Shown here: positions 1 through 12,200 of the stretch, piece after piece | Layout: each line of letters begins with the position of its first letter | Position numbering within the stretch: the stretch's first letter is position 1 | Origin: Schmidtea nova | Taxonomy: Eukaryota | Assembly: GCA_044892505.1 (NCBI GenBank) | Contig: CM097882.1 | Span: forward strand, 454,522,001-454,586,000 | Reading direction: 5' to 3' | Length of the DNA: 64,000 nucleotides | Notes under the pieces: generated by a model | What the model saw: the letters and a program-made list of their open reading frames with translations, nothing else | Told to the model about the DNA's origin: nothing | Databases searched by the model: none | Translations under genes and position numbers: made by a program

Positions 1-1276
1 AGTTCAAAATTATCAGAGTCTATTTTTGCTATAGAAAATATGGGAGTTGAAAATCCTATTCAAAATAATTTCTAACTAATTTACTAGTTTTAAAATTTAC
101 ACTTGTTTTTTATTTAGCATTAAAATTTCAGTTAAAAATTACCAGAGTCTATTTTTGCCCGAGAAAAATCTCGGAGTAGAAAATCCTATACAAAATACTT
201 TAATGATAATTTACTTGTTTAAAAAATTTACACGTGTTTTTTATTTACCATTAAATTTTCAGTTCAAAATTATCAGAATCCCTTTTTGCCTGAGAAAAAT
301 ATGGGAGTTGAAAATCTTATTCAAAATAATAGGACTAAAAATCCTATACAAAAAATACCAGACCAAAAATTCATGTATAAAAATTCCATGTACAAAAAAC
401 CCAGAGTCCCTTTTTGCCCTAGAAAATCACGGAGTAGAAAATCATATACAAAATAACCAGAGTAAAATTCCTTTACAAAAATAACCAGATCAAAAAATTA
501 AAATTATTTAAATAAAAATTAAAATAAATAATTAAAATAAATTATTAAAAATAAATTATTAAAAATAAATTAATAAAAATAAATTAATACAAATAAATTA
601 ATACAAATAAATTATTAAAAAATAAATTAATACAAATTAATACAAATAAATTAATACAAATAAATTAATACAAATAAATTAATNNNNNNNNNNNNNNNNN
701 NNNNNNNNNNNNNNNNNNNNNNNNNNNNNNNNNNNNNNNNNNNNNNNNNNNNNNNNNNNNNNNNNNNNNNNNNNNNNNNNNNNNNNNNNNNNNNNNNNNN
801 NNNNNNNNNNNNNNNNNNNNNNNNNNNNNNNNNNNNNNNNNNNNNNNNNNNNNNNNNNNNNNNNNNNNNNNNNNNNNNNNNNNNNNNNNNNNNNNNNNNN
901 NNNNNNNNNNNNNNNNNNNNNNNNNNNNNNNNNNNNNNNNNNNNNNNNNNNNNNNNNNNNNNNNNNNNNNNNNNNNNNNNNNNNNNNNNNNNNNNNNNNN
1001 NNNNNNNNNNNNNNNNNNNNNNNNNNNNNNNNNNNNNNNNNNNNNNNNNNAATAATAAATTAAATTCACTTCATTTAAACAAAAAATTAAAATTAAAAAA
1101 TTCACTTCATTTAAACAAAATAAAAAATAAAAAATTCACTTAATTTAAACAAAATAAAAAATTTAAAAAATTTACTTCATTTAAACAAAAAAATTTTTTT
1201 TTTGGGGGGGGGTAAAAAAATTTTTAGGGGGGAGGGGGGGTCTGTTCCTGTTCTTGGGCGCTCCCCCTACTCTACT
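1..1276. mobile_element. Right terminal arm of a Polinton-like foldback element family (left end outside window)
   Basis: Ends ...GGGCGCTCCCCCTACTCTACT at 1276, the same terminus as 36723 and the reverse complement of 25978. Bases 1-480 are the same CCAGAGTCCCTTTTTGCC...GAAAATCCTATACAAAAT units as 35770-36240, with more substitutions. Next 6 bp are AGCGAT (candidate TSD, partner not in window). Confidence 0.85.
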
Positions 1277-1312
1277 AGCGATTATTTTATAAATCTAAAA
1301 AGTTGTTACATC

Positions 1313-1718
1313 TGTTGGGTAATAATGAGTGTAGTCGGTATAAACTCTGATTCCTCGTGCTCTTTGTGCAAATTGAATAAAGGTGTTCGGTTCATATGAA
1401 ATAGTCTGTAACTCTTTGACTCCTCGTGTTCTTTCTTTGTAAATCAACTGACAAATCCCCAACACAATAACTTTTATTTAAATTTCAATACACAATTACA
1501 ATGTCGTTAATACTTGTAGCATTTTTTGTGCAATTTTTAGTTTTTAATTTTTGTATGTTTCTAAACAAATTCTAAAATTATATTTAATCATATGTATGTA
1601 TATTGTTACCTAATCAATAAATCATCACAAAATATTTGTATATTTTTATTTTATATTTATATGGGGTCACCAAAAAACTCACAATCATAAATAAGACCAT
1701 GAATGAAAAACCCCAACA
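1313..1718 (-). mobile_element. Internally deleted solo-LTR-like element (family Y)
   Basis: Starts TGTTGGG and ends CCCCAACA; flanks CATC/CGTC (3 of 4 match). Interior is the reverse complement of the AATAAA..TTATTGTGTTGGG..GAGTCA tail seen in other Y copies. Confidence 0.65.
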
Positions 1719-1819
1719 CGTCTTTCTTCTTTCGTTTCTTGTACCAAATTAGAATTTAAATTTTACCGCAAATCTTCTCTCTAATCATCAACATTTTAAA
1801 ATTAAATAAAAATAATTAT

Positions 1820-3787
1820 TGCTGGGATTTAAAAAAATAAGATCAAGTAGAAAAATAAAAAGAACAAAAATTTGATAAACATAAATAAAAAACATTTTAA
1901 AAGTAATAATTCATGAAAATTAATTAAAATTTAGAGAATTTAAAAATATATATTTACCGGAGGAATAGTGATATAAATACAAAAAAGGAAAAATAAAATT
2001 GTTGAGGATGCATAAATAATAAATAATTTGAGTAAATTGCAGGAAAATACGATAGGTGATTGAGATAGTATTCTGGAGCTTGGAGAAGAAAACGGAAAAG
2101 CAAAAAAAATGAGAAATGAGGAAAGAGTAACAAATTAAAAGAACTAAAACAATAAAACAGAGTAAGATCACTTATAATTAATAAGTTCAAGAAAACAAAA
2201 TGGAATCCCGAAATTCGAAAACGAAAATCAAAACAGGTATCTCGATTGCTGTCAGAGATAACACGTGAACTGAGAAAAACATTTGGGAAATGCCAGAGAT
2301 AAAAAGGAAAGAGCAAATTATTCCGAGTGCCGAATGGCCATGGGTAACATGGGAGCTGAAAAATAAAACAGGAAATGCCAGTGGCAAGAATCGGTAAAAA
2401 ACAAATTATCACAAGTGCCGGAGAATGGCAAACTATAAAAAGGGAATAACATCAGTTTCGAAACAGAAGTTTGCGGCACGAATTTATAACAGAAGTGGTG
2501 ACAAGCAATTGTAGCAGAAGTTTTGTCGTACGAAATCAAACTTATCAAGAGAAACTTACTCAGAAAGTTTGTTGAGAAACTTATCTTTGAGAAATTTTTG
2601 AGAAATTGATTAAAAAATTTGTTATTGAGAAATTTATTGAGAAAAATTTGTGAGCCGAATTTTAAGTCAAGGTAAAGAAAGCAATCAGTTCGTTATCCAG
2701 TGTTTAATCTAAATAAATTATTTAGAGATTTTACGGGTGTGACGAGGATTATTTTATAATCGAAAATTTTCTCACTTAATAAAATTGTTTTTGCAGCAAA
2801 AGCTTATTTTGTTACTTATTTATAAATTTATTTAAATCATTAATTGTTGATCGTTAGACTGAGATTATACACGAGATTACTGATCAGATTATTGATAGAG
2901 TGTACCAGTGTAATTATGAAACCGGTTAGGATATCAATAAAGATTCCTGTTGTAATTTTTATTCTATTGATTAATAAAGCACGCATTCGGAGTAGAAAAT
3001 TTGATTGGTAATTTCTAAACTTAACCAACATTTCTAATAACCTAACAAAATTAATGGAGGGTCGATTTTCTCCTGAATCCCCAGAAGAAAAGAATTAAAG
3101 AATTAATAAATTAATAAAGAGTTAATTGTTAATGAGAAACCCAAGATAATGGAAACCTGAGTTAATGAGAAACCCGAGCCAATGGAGAATTTGAGTAGCG
3201 TGGGAAGCCCGGACGGTCAGCGAGACAGTTGAAAATTGATTGTAAAGTAAATCAGAAAAACCCAATTGACAGAGAAGTAATTAACAATTTTACTATTATT
3301 GAATAATTAAGAAGTGTCAACTTGAGAGGCGTAAGCCTACAGCCTGATCAGATAAGTAAAACTCTTTCACGCTGGACAGTATAAAATGAGAGGCAAAGTC
3401 CAAAGTTTGCCACAGTGGTCGAAGAAAGAAGTGAGTATATATTTTCAAGACGAGAAGTCGAGAATCGGTAGGAGTTAGAATCAAATAAGAATATCAAAAA
3501 GGAGTAGTAGGATAATCCCTATCATATATAGCCTATATATGATAGAGACTATCCTACTACTAGATTTTCTTTTGGGAGACGTATCCATGCGCTCAGTCGA
3601 AAAAGCAGTTTAATAAAAGTTGTTGAAATAGTAAACAGAGACTTATTATTATCAAATGTTGTGTCAAATATTTGTTGTAATTACTTTCGAATAAATTTTA
3701 CTATGTTGGGTTTTTTTCTTCAGTCAATCCTATAAGAACACCAAGGAGTCAGTCAAACAACACCGACTAATTGATAAATATCCAACA
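1820..3787 (+). mobile_element. Solo LTR (family Y) interrupted by a family X solo LTR
   Basis: TGCTGGGA...ATCCAACA with exact 4-bp TSD TTAT (1816-1819 / 3788-3791). Contains the GGAAACCCGAG repeats, GTGGTCGAAGA and AATAAA/TGTTGGG tail shared with 7244-8048 and 10533-11366. Confidence 0.8.
2000..3047 (+). mobile_element. Solo LTR (family X) nested in the Y LTR
   Basis: TGTTGAGG...CCTAACA with exact TSD AAAT (1996-1999 / 3048-3051); homologous to 8196-9056 and to the reverse complement of 53007-53905. Confidence 0.8.
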
Positions 3788-4224
3788 TTATGCAGGCGGA
3801 TCTCGCCTCAAAAGCAGGGAGTAAATAAAGTTATTGTCCTGCTGTCATCAGGCCTTTAAAGAAATTTTAAAATAATTTTTATTATTTGGTTTACATTTCG
3901 GGGTTTCCATACAGCAATATAATTGATTTGTTTTTCTTAATTAATTTGTATATTTTAAATGACTTTTTCTCACACTGTTCCCTATTAATTTTTTATTACT
4001 ATCTTCGTAATCGTCTCATTATTTGCAATTCACTCATATCACTTTCCCCCGGAATAATATTAATTTTTGATTTTTTAAATTTTTAATTAAGTTTTGGACT
4101 TAACATATTGATTTTGCCATTTTACAATACTTTCTCACAATTTTCTGTACATTCGAATTTATTTTTAGGACTTATTCTGACAACGCCAATAGATTCAATA
4201 TTTTGTAACAATTATTACTATATA

Positions 4225-4481
4225 CTTAGCCATCGATTTGCACGGTTTCGGTTTAACCCGATTGAAGAAATACGGAAAGATTCTATTTGCATTACACTAG
4301 TTTTCAGTTTAATGCGGTTACAAAAATAAAGAAATTTGTAATATGTATTCTTTTTAAATTCAACACATATTTTTTCAATAAAATATATATCTAATTACTA
4401 ATTGTACGTTTTCAATTTTCACGGTTTCGATTTACAAGGCATTTTTGAAGAACCAAACTACCGTGCAAATCGGGGGCTAAG
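4225..4481. mobile_element. Tc1/mariner (pogo-like) MITE
   Basis: 21-bp TIRs CTTAGCCATCGATTTGCACGG / CCGTGCAAATCGGGGGCTAAG (19 of 21 match), flanked by TA and TG; no ORF. Confidence 0.6.
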
Positions 4482-4705
4482 TGTGCTGAAAAAGTGAAAA
4501 TTATTGAATTCATTCATTGGAAAAGTAATATTTTTACTTTCTATTTATTTGTTCGTCTTTCATACGAATATTTAAATTTAACAGAAATTACAATTAAAAA
4601 CGCAAATTTACCGAAATAATTTTTTATTTACTAAAAATAAGATAATTAAAACAAAAATTTTAATATAAATTAATTAATAATTCACGCTTGAGTTTAGCAA
4701 TGGTT

Positions 4706-5296
4706 TCACTGTAGCATGTTACAACTAACACAGTGCGACGATGGATATCGGTAATGGTCATCCCAATATTGTATGGGCAAATTTATTGACTTGCTAATCG
4801 GTTCACTGATCACTTGGCACTCTCTAATTCTATCACAATAATGAGTTCCGAAATTAACATTGCTTCTACATCGAACTTCATCATGGTAAGATGTTCCAAC
4901 TGTGCACTCACCACTAGATAGGTATCTTTCACAAAAGGTCACGTAAGATTTCTTATTCGAATCTCGATAATGATTATACTGTTTCATCGGTGGCATATCT
5001 TTTCGAAAAAATTCTTTAATGTTTGAAGGCTTTTGAATCGATTCTACTTCCTCGATGAGAATTTCCGGTTTCGATTCCACTTCTTCGGCAGTTTCAACAA
5101 CATCATTCTCTTCTGGAGCGGTAGGATTATTTTCCGAGAGAATCGTTTTCAACATTAGCTCGTCATCAGGATTTATTAAAGTATTTATCGAATTATCTCC
5201 TTGCATTGGGTTTTCAGTTTGCACAGACTTTATGGCATGCTCGACTTCCTCTTTGTCGGATTCATTTTCTGGCTTTTTGCAAAACGGTAAACACAT
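4706..5296 (-). CDS. Orphan 196-aa protein: acidic low-complexity N-half, Cys/His-rich C-half
   Basis: ATG-initiated uninterrupted ORF, visibly GC-richer than its flanks; MCLPFCKK N-terminus; no recognised domain. Confidence 0.6.
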   Translation of the reverse strand: MCLPFCKKPENESDKEEVEHAIKSVQTENPMQGDNSINTLINPDDELMLKTILSENNPTAPEENDVVETAEEVESKPEILIEEVESIQKPSNIKEFFRKDMPPMKQYNHYRDSNKKSYVTFCERYLSSGECTVGTSYHDEVRCRSNVNFGTHYCDRIRECQVISEPISKSINLPIQYWDDHYRYPSSHCVSCNMLQ

Positions 5297-5604
5297 GTCA
5301 TGGTTTGTAAATGCAATAATTATTCAAAAAAAAACATTTTATTATTTTTTATCGATTCTTAAATAAATAGAATATCTTTAATTTAATTCTTTATTAACTA
5401 ATTAAGATAAGTTTTAATTATAAAATTTATTTATAATAGTAATTAATTACATTGCATCAATGTTTCTCAATCTTTTTACTCTTGCTCCACATTTTCGAAA
5501 GGAATTCCATTTTGCGGCGCACCTACGCAGTGTTGTAAAAAATAACTTCTAAATAAAGGGAAAAAAATATAATTTATACAGAATTTTTTATTTTGAGGTA
5601 TAAT

Positions 5605-6291
5605 CAGGGGGGGTGATTGAGCAGGCTCGCGCGAGCCAGTTGTTAAAATTTTGGAAAATCGCCGAGCCGGTTGTTAAATGATTTCTCAAAAATCGTTTTT
5701 ACGGAAAGGGGAAGAAAAAGGTACTAAATTAGGCGAAATTCTAAAATTTAACATTGATATCAACGAATTTCGTGATTTTGTTGATGCTAACATACGGTCA
5801 TAAAATATTTAGTTGCCTAAAACAATTTTAAAGGCAAAGAAAATTTCCAACACCATAGCAGTTAGCAGTGCAGAAGCCGAACGAGGATTTAGTTTGATGA
5901 ATACAATTGTAACAAAATTAAGAGCTAGCTTGACAATAGATCACATTGCAGATCTTATGTCCATAAATTTATTGGGAAAGCCAGTCAATGATTTCGATGC
6001 AACACCGATGGTAAAGTCGTGGATAAATGAAAACCATAGACTGGCAACGGAGACGAGAGTGAGAAAAAGGGTCAAGAAGAAGTTTTCGGAAAATGAATTA
6101 GGTATATGGAGCTTATATTAATGCATTAATAAGGGCTTCATATGCCTACTTCATTTCCCGCTGTTATACAGTTTATATAAATGTATCCTTAGTGCATTAT
6201 ATGTATAATCTTATTTCAATATAATTAAAATATAAAATTATTTGTTTTTTATTAGCGAGCCGGTTGTTAAGTCTTTGGCAACACACTCCTG
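5605..6291 (+). mobile_element. Internally deleted hAT element
   Basis: Exact 8-bp TSD GGTATAAT (5597-5604 / 6292-6299); imperfect CAGG.../...CCTG TIRs; subterminal GAGCCGGTTGTTAA repeats. Confidence 0.85.
5813..6121 (+). pseudogene. hAT transposase C-terminal dimerisation domain fragment
   Basis: [27 protein letters not shown] fits the hAT dimerisation motif (SxxxERxFS..R..L). Confidence 0.85.
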
Positions 6292-6354
6292 GGTATAATC
6301 CATGATGAGTCGCTTTATTAAACAGAAAAGTGAATCGTAAATTAGTTAATAAAT

Positions 6355-6502
6355 AAACATTAAATTATTATCATAATTATCTTTTTGTTTCACCTTTGAT
6401 TTCTTTATTTATATCAATAATTTCCATAATGTTAAGACTAGATAAAAATTATTTTTAAAAAAATACACAATATTTCGGCACAGCCTTTCTGAAGTGTGTA
6501 TT
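6355..6502 (-). repeat. Single-arm copy of the palindrome-forming repeat family at 37873-38037 and 63238-63500
   Basis: CACAATATTTCGGCACAGCCTTT..AAGTGTGTAT shared with 63296-63331; 6360-6420 is the reverse complement of about 63435-63490. Confidence 0.75.
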
Positions 6503-6639
6503 AAATTATCTATTTTAATTTTATTATCATCATCTTTTTTTTCGCCTTTTCATATTAATTTTTGCAAGACTATAAAATCAAAATAAATTATTTTTGATGT
6601 TAGTTTTAGAAATATTTATATGAAAATTATTTTTATTTA

Positions 6640-7090
6640 TTATTTATCAAATTTTGAAATCCAGCGCAGTCACCTTTTCGTCAAAATTGCGATCAGTGTC
6701 ATCACCAGCTTCATCTTTCGGTATGAATTAATATTTTTTGTTGATAAAATCCAAAACTTCTAGCTGAATTGCATGTTCGAAACAAAGTTATTTCTCGCTA
6801 GACAGTAATTTTCTCGCTTTTTTGCATAACAAGTGAACCATCCGCCTTGAAACACAAAATATCTTTGTGTAAGTTTAATCCAAATGACTCTATCTTTCTT
6901 CATGAAGATTGATGCGGCTTTCTGCCCGCCATAATCCAAGCACTGCGACCAGTTATAAATTCCTAAATTGGTTCTGAATGAGCACATTGAAATTCAAATA
7001 ATGTTGATTTTCATTTAAAGTTCACTAGTCAAAAGTGAACCTGAAACCTTTACCTTGAGTCTTCAATCTTTTCAATTTTGTCATATATTC
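6640..7090 (-). pseudogene. Decayed hAT transposase core fragment
   Basis: Manual translation with stops and frameshifts gives IESFGLNLHKDILCFKADGSLVMQK and CFEHAIQL, parallel to LKDHGLFLNEDIVCITTDGASVMKK in the 47415-47795 ORF. Confidence 0.6.
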
Positions 7091-7243
7091 TTTGTAGAAT
7101 AATTTATCCATATTTCATAACAGTAAAAAGCAGTAAGTCGGCTGGGCCAAACCTTCCCGGTGGCTAACAAAAAAGTAAAATACTGGTATACTCACTGTGA
7201 GAATAATTAAATAGAAATAGTATTTAATTTTCAGTTTTAAATG

Positions 7244-8048
7244 TGTTGAGATTTGCCTGAACAAGCACGAAATAAAATAAAATGCACAAAAACAATGAAA
7301 ATTTGAAATATAATAAATAAAGTACAAACAACATTTAAAAATTACAAAAATTCAAAAATAAAGATTTTGAGGAGGAAACTGATATGGATGGGTCCAAAAG
7401 GAAATATAAAAAAAACTAACTAATTAAAATAGTTGATTACTAAGTGGAAAACCCGAGCATATGGGAAACCCGAGCGATGTGGGAAACCTGGGGCATCAAC
7501 AAAATCATTTAATTATCCAAGAGAATTGGAGGATTGAAGGATTCCCCGTAAAAAGCCACAATTCTAATTTCCAAAAATCAAATTGAAAATTAAGTGGCAA
7601 ACCCCATTAATAAGATAGAAAAAGAAGAAAGCAATCTAAGTATATTTGTTTAAAGAAAACCCAAAATTAAGTTAATGCGCGACCGGCTGAAAAGTGACAG
7701 AGTCAGTATATAAGCGTGGGAAATATTTGCTAGATTGTCAGTGTGGTCGAAGATAACATTTGTAATTTCAACATTGTGGTTACAAATCAGAAGCGATATA
7801 AAAAAATTTAAGAGAGTAGTAAAGGTTAGAATCCAGATTAACTTAATTTTTATTGCGTACCAGAAAGGGATATTTCCCATTGGGACACCTACCCTAACGC
7901 TGAAGAGTGCAGACCCAAATTTGTATAATTGAACTTGTGTATATTAGAAAACTTGAAAATAAAGATTATTGTGTTGGGTTTTCTTCACTGATATCAAAGA
8001 AAGGACACATGAGTCAGATATCACCGACTGTTTGTTAATAACCCAGCA
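7244..8048 (+). mobile_element. Solo LTR (family Y)
   Basis: TGTTGAG...CCCAGCA; TSD AATG/AATC (3 of 4). The paralogous empty site is visible at about 23236-23262. Confidence 0.75.
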
Positions 8049-8195
8049 AATCGATTTAAATACTGTAATAAAATAAGATGATAAAATTATAAATTATTAT
8101 AAATATAATAAATTAAATATGGATATTTAAGTTTCACTGTGAATTTCATAATTAAGAATGATTGAAAATTTAAATATAAAATATTTATTGAATAC

Positions 8196-9056
8196 TGTTG
8201 AGGATAACTAAATAATAAAAAAAATATTGGCACAACTAAATAAAATGATTGGGGGGGAATAAACAAAATGAATGATGGAATGTTAAGAAAAACGAAAAAG
8301 GAGGTTAGAAGAACAAAACTTGGAAAACGAAAAGGTTACAGCGAAACAAAGGAAATCGAACAAAAAACGAAGAAATGTCATTACTAATTAAAAAGTACAA
8401 AAAGGTAAAAGGAATTTCGAAATCGAAAAACAAAAATCAAGGAGAAAATGGTAGGAGAAGATGTCGGAACAAAAAAAAGGAAAAGCAGAGAATATCTCGA
8501 CAGCTGTCAGAGATAAAGCAAGAGCGGTGGAAGCAGGTGAAAATCAAATTTGAAAAACAAATTTGTTTTTAAGTACCACAAAATTTGATGTGCAATAAAA
8601 GCAAAAGGTCAGTGCAGTTGAATCAGAAGAAGATTCGAGTGAGATTACAAATTTGTGCGGATAAGCTTTGTGGCAAAGTTTTAATGAGAAACTAATTGAG
8701 TAACTTATGGAGAGAAACTTATTGAGAAATTTATTGAGAAAAGTTTGTTGAGTCGAATTTCAAGTCAAAGCAAAGAAAGCAATCAGTTGGTTGCCCATTG
8801 TTGAATTGAATCAGTAGCTAGGGGTTGTTAGACGGATAGTATGCACAAGTGCTATTATTTAAGGAATTATCGTTATAAGCACTGTATAACTGTCACACAT
8901 TATTGATTGATTATACCAGTTAATTGTGAAACCAGTTGTGATATCAATAAAGATTCCTATTGTAATTGTTATTCTATTGTTTAAAAAAGCATGCATTTAG
9001 AGTCAGAAATTTGATTTGTAACTTTTAAATTTGGTCAACAACCCAATAACCCAACA
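8196..9056 (+). mobile_element. Solo LTR (family X)
   Basis: TGTTGAGG...CCCAACA; TSD ATAC/ACAC (3 of 4). The paralogous empty site GAATAC|TTTTGTATG is at about 23397-23411. Confidence 0.78.
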
Positions 9057-9225
9057 ACACATTTGTATGAGTATTCCCAATTCAATTATTAATTCATGCT
9101 TGCCACAGTATCCTCAAAGATAAAAAAGAAGTTGTTCGAATAATACTAGCAATTTGTGTTGTGTTTAAAAATATAGATTTTAGAATTTATCGATGTTTTT
9201 AATTTTAGAAACCAAACAAATAATT

Positions 9226-12200
9226 TGGTGACTACGATTGTCACACTTATCAAGGCATTGAAAAATTTCGAGATGGGAACCGATGTCGAAGATTTTATCA
9301 AAAAAACAGAAAGTCTTCAAATTTATGTCGATAGCTGAGGACTTCAAAGGAAGATTTGTCAAAGCTTTCCTAACAACAGATACAATTAAAAATTATGATT
9401 TAACCGATGAGAGACAAAATTTTATGAATAGACTGAGAGGAGCCTTCAAAAAGGTAATGAATCTGATGGAAGACTTAAGTGACGCGCTAAAATATAGACA
9501 AAAATATGATTCCACGGATGATTTCAGCGAAAAAATTGATAAATTATCAAAACGAATTCTGAAACATAAATTTTATGAAGAAGAGCTTCAAACTTTTCTC
9601 ATATTCAATGCCGTAAGAGACTAAAATTTGAATAAAAAAATTTGAGATTAAATGAATATCAATCAGTGGACGAAATGAAAAAGATTTTAAAAACACGAAA
9701 GGTAATTAAATAATTAAAATTGAAACAGTGACTCAATGGCAGTTACTGGAACTGAAACTAGATACGCGGGTATGGTGAAAAAAGTTGTAAATATTCCAAC
9801 AAGACCAATGCTACAAATATTTAACAACATGTTGAGAAATACATTCAGCGATTCAAGACAAAATCTAGAATATTCGAACAAGCAATATATTTTAACAATC
9901 AAGGAATCCAGAGAAATGACAGACCGAAGTTCAAATGCTACGCATGTCATGATGAGGGCAATAAGAGAACAGGATGTCCAAATGCCAAATGTTATCATTA
10001 CCACTAGGCAGGACATTTCAAGCACCAATGCTTTCAATTAAGAAACAATTTTAGATATGTGAGGGAAAATTAACAAGAAAACATACTAAGAAAATCCCAA
10101 GAAAATGATCGAAATATCAGAAACCGGCACTATCAATGACCAGTTTCTGCGATGAAATAAGAAGAACACGAAAATCAATATCCAAATGAATATGCTCCAC
10201 CACGGTAGAAGGTGATCGGAGCGCTGCAGTAAGTATGAATTATATATTGAATGGGGAATTGTACGATGATTGTTTGCATGTATTAAAAGATGAGAAATTA
10301 AAATATGTAATTAAGAATGCTAATTGTAATTGCGTCTCCAACACAAATATTTATTGTGGATAGTATAATAATGGTTTGAGATGAAGTGATTTTGGAGATG
10401 TTGTAGAGTTTGTTTGTAATATTAATGATGTAAATAACAACAAGAATAATGCAATTAAATATAATAAATTAAATTGTAAACCGAGTGTCACAATATTAAT
10501 CAATGAGAACGAAGTGTGCTGCTTATTAGATATGTTGGGGTTAGGCAGAAGTAGTGCAAGTAAAATGAGAGTGCACCGCAGGTTGAAGGAAAATCAATAA
10601 AAAGCTGAAAAGCGTAAATTCACAATTAATAAGTACAAAAAATTAATTAAAAATTTGAAAAATTAAAAATAAAGATTTAACTGGGGAAATTGGTAGGTAC
10701 GGATGGAAAATGGAGAGATGAGCACGAATATGAGAATAAAATATCAATGGGGGTCCCCAGAAAAAGATATTCAGTAAATAGAAATTAATTAAAAATTTAT
10801 AAATAATTTATTAACCATGTGAAAAACCCGAGTAAAGGGGAAGCCCGAGTGCATGGGAGATCCGGGCTAGTGGAGAGTCCGAGCAAAGGGAAACCCGAGA
10901 GAAAATCAAATTAACAAAGGCGCGGATCAAAGAAATCAAATTAGAGCAAATTATGATTAGCAAAATTCCAATTACGGAAAATCATAATTGAATTTGACCG
11001 CAAGTTTGGAAAAAATAACCAATTTGTTAACAAATTGGTAAACTATGAAAGCGGCAAGAAAAACAGAAAATTGTCAGTGTGGTCGAAGAGAATTTTCGTT
11101 AAATTTAAAGAGTGGGTAAGTAAAAAGGAGATTATCGTTGAGTAACATTAGCCAATCAAGCGTATCAGAAAGGGCAATCTATCCTTGGTAAACCTACTCC
11201 TATCGCTTAGAAGAGAGTGCAGAAACACAAAATATTGTAGTGATTTTAGTTGTAGTGAATTATCAATTTGAATAAATAAAATTTATTGTGTTGGGTCTCA
11301 GTTATATCGGTATTAAAGGAGCACGAAGAGTCAGAAACTAAATCGACTCAAATTAATTACCCAACAGATACGTGAGCAAGGATCAGTGTGATTGATGAAA
11401 GTATATTAGAAAATATAGGAAAGTTTAGTTTGAAAAAATGTTATGTTGAATTAAGATGTGCAAATGAATTACTAGTATCTATGTTAGGAAAAGTAAATAT
11501 TGCAGTTAAAATAGTGGGAACCAAAAAGATGAGAACAATTGAATTTAATGTGGCCAAAGAGATTTAACCAAAAGTAATTGGAGGAAAAGACTCCTTGAGA
11601 AAATACAACATAAAGTTAAAAATGAGGAGCACTTTATTAAAAGATGATATAACTGTTACTGGAATGAAAACGTAAAAGAAGTGTGCGAATATAATAAATG
11701 TTAGAGGAAATTTGACTCAATTATTATGAAGCACAAATGGGATGTGGGTAAGACAAATTTAATAACGCATGAAATTTTAACTTAAGAAAGACATATTGTG
11801 ATAAATCCAAGACGAGAGCCAACCCATTTAATAGAAAAGATTGATGAAAATATAAAAGAGACGGAAAAATTCGGAATTATAACAAGAAAAGAGAATTTAG
11901 CAATCTATTATTTCACAAACCATTTTAAACATTATTTTTATGGGAAAAGATTTATACTACGCAGGACCATAAAGCTATAAAATATATGATGATTACAAAG
12001 AAAGCTATCACTTTGCAATTCCAGACATGCATCAATTATTTAATTAGTTTGTAAATAGAATTTCAATTTATGAAAGGAGAAGAACATTGAAATGCAGATG
12101 CATTGTCAAGAAATGAATGTATGACACGCATTTAATGCTAAACCATCCATATTAATATAAAAACAGGAAAATTCAAAACGAAGCTTTTGGCAATAATGAC

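Noticed and set aside
155-484. ORFs in the arm repeats (also 26572-26829, 27084-27371, 35387-35674)
   Set aside because: They are translations of stop-poor tandem units with no common frame between units.
665-1105. ORFs spanning N runs (also 25609, 26116, 26153, 36124, 36263, 37563-38215, 43106, 44162)
   Set aside because: Artefacts of translating through assembly gaps.
1954-2548. Hydrophobic F/L/I-rich ORFs in family X LTRs (also 53583-54012)
   Set aside because: Reverse complements of A/G-rich LTR sequence; the frames are not conserved among X copies.
3790-3865. Hammerhead-like AAAGGCCTGATGACAGC on the minus strand
   Set aside because: No GAAA closes a stem II at the required position; at most a degenerate remnant.
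7244-8048. Y LTR as the 5' LTR of Gypsy element B
   Set aside because: It has its own near-matching TSD, no PBS follows it, and the empty site exists at about 23250.
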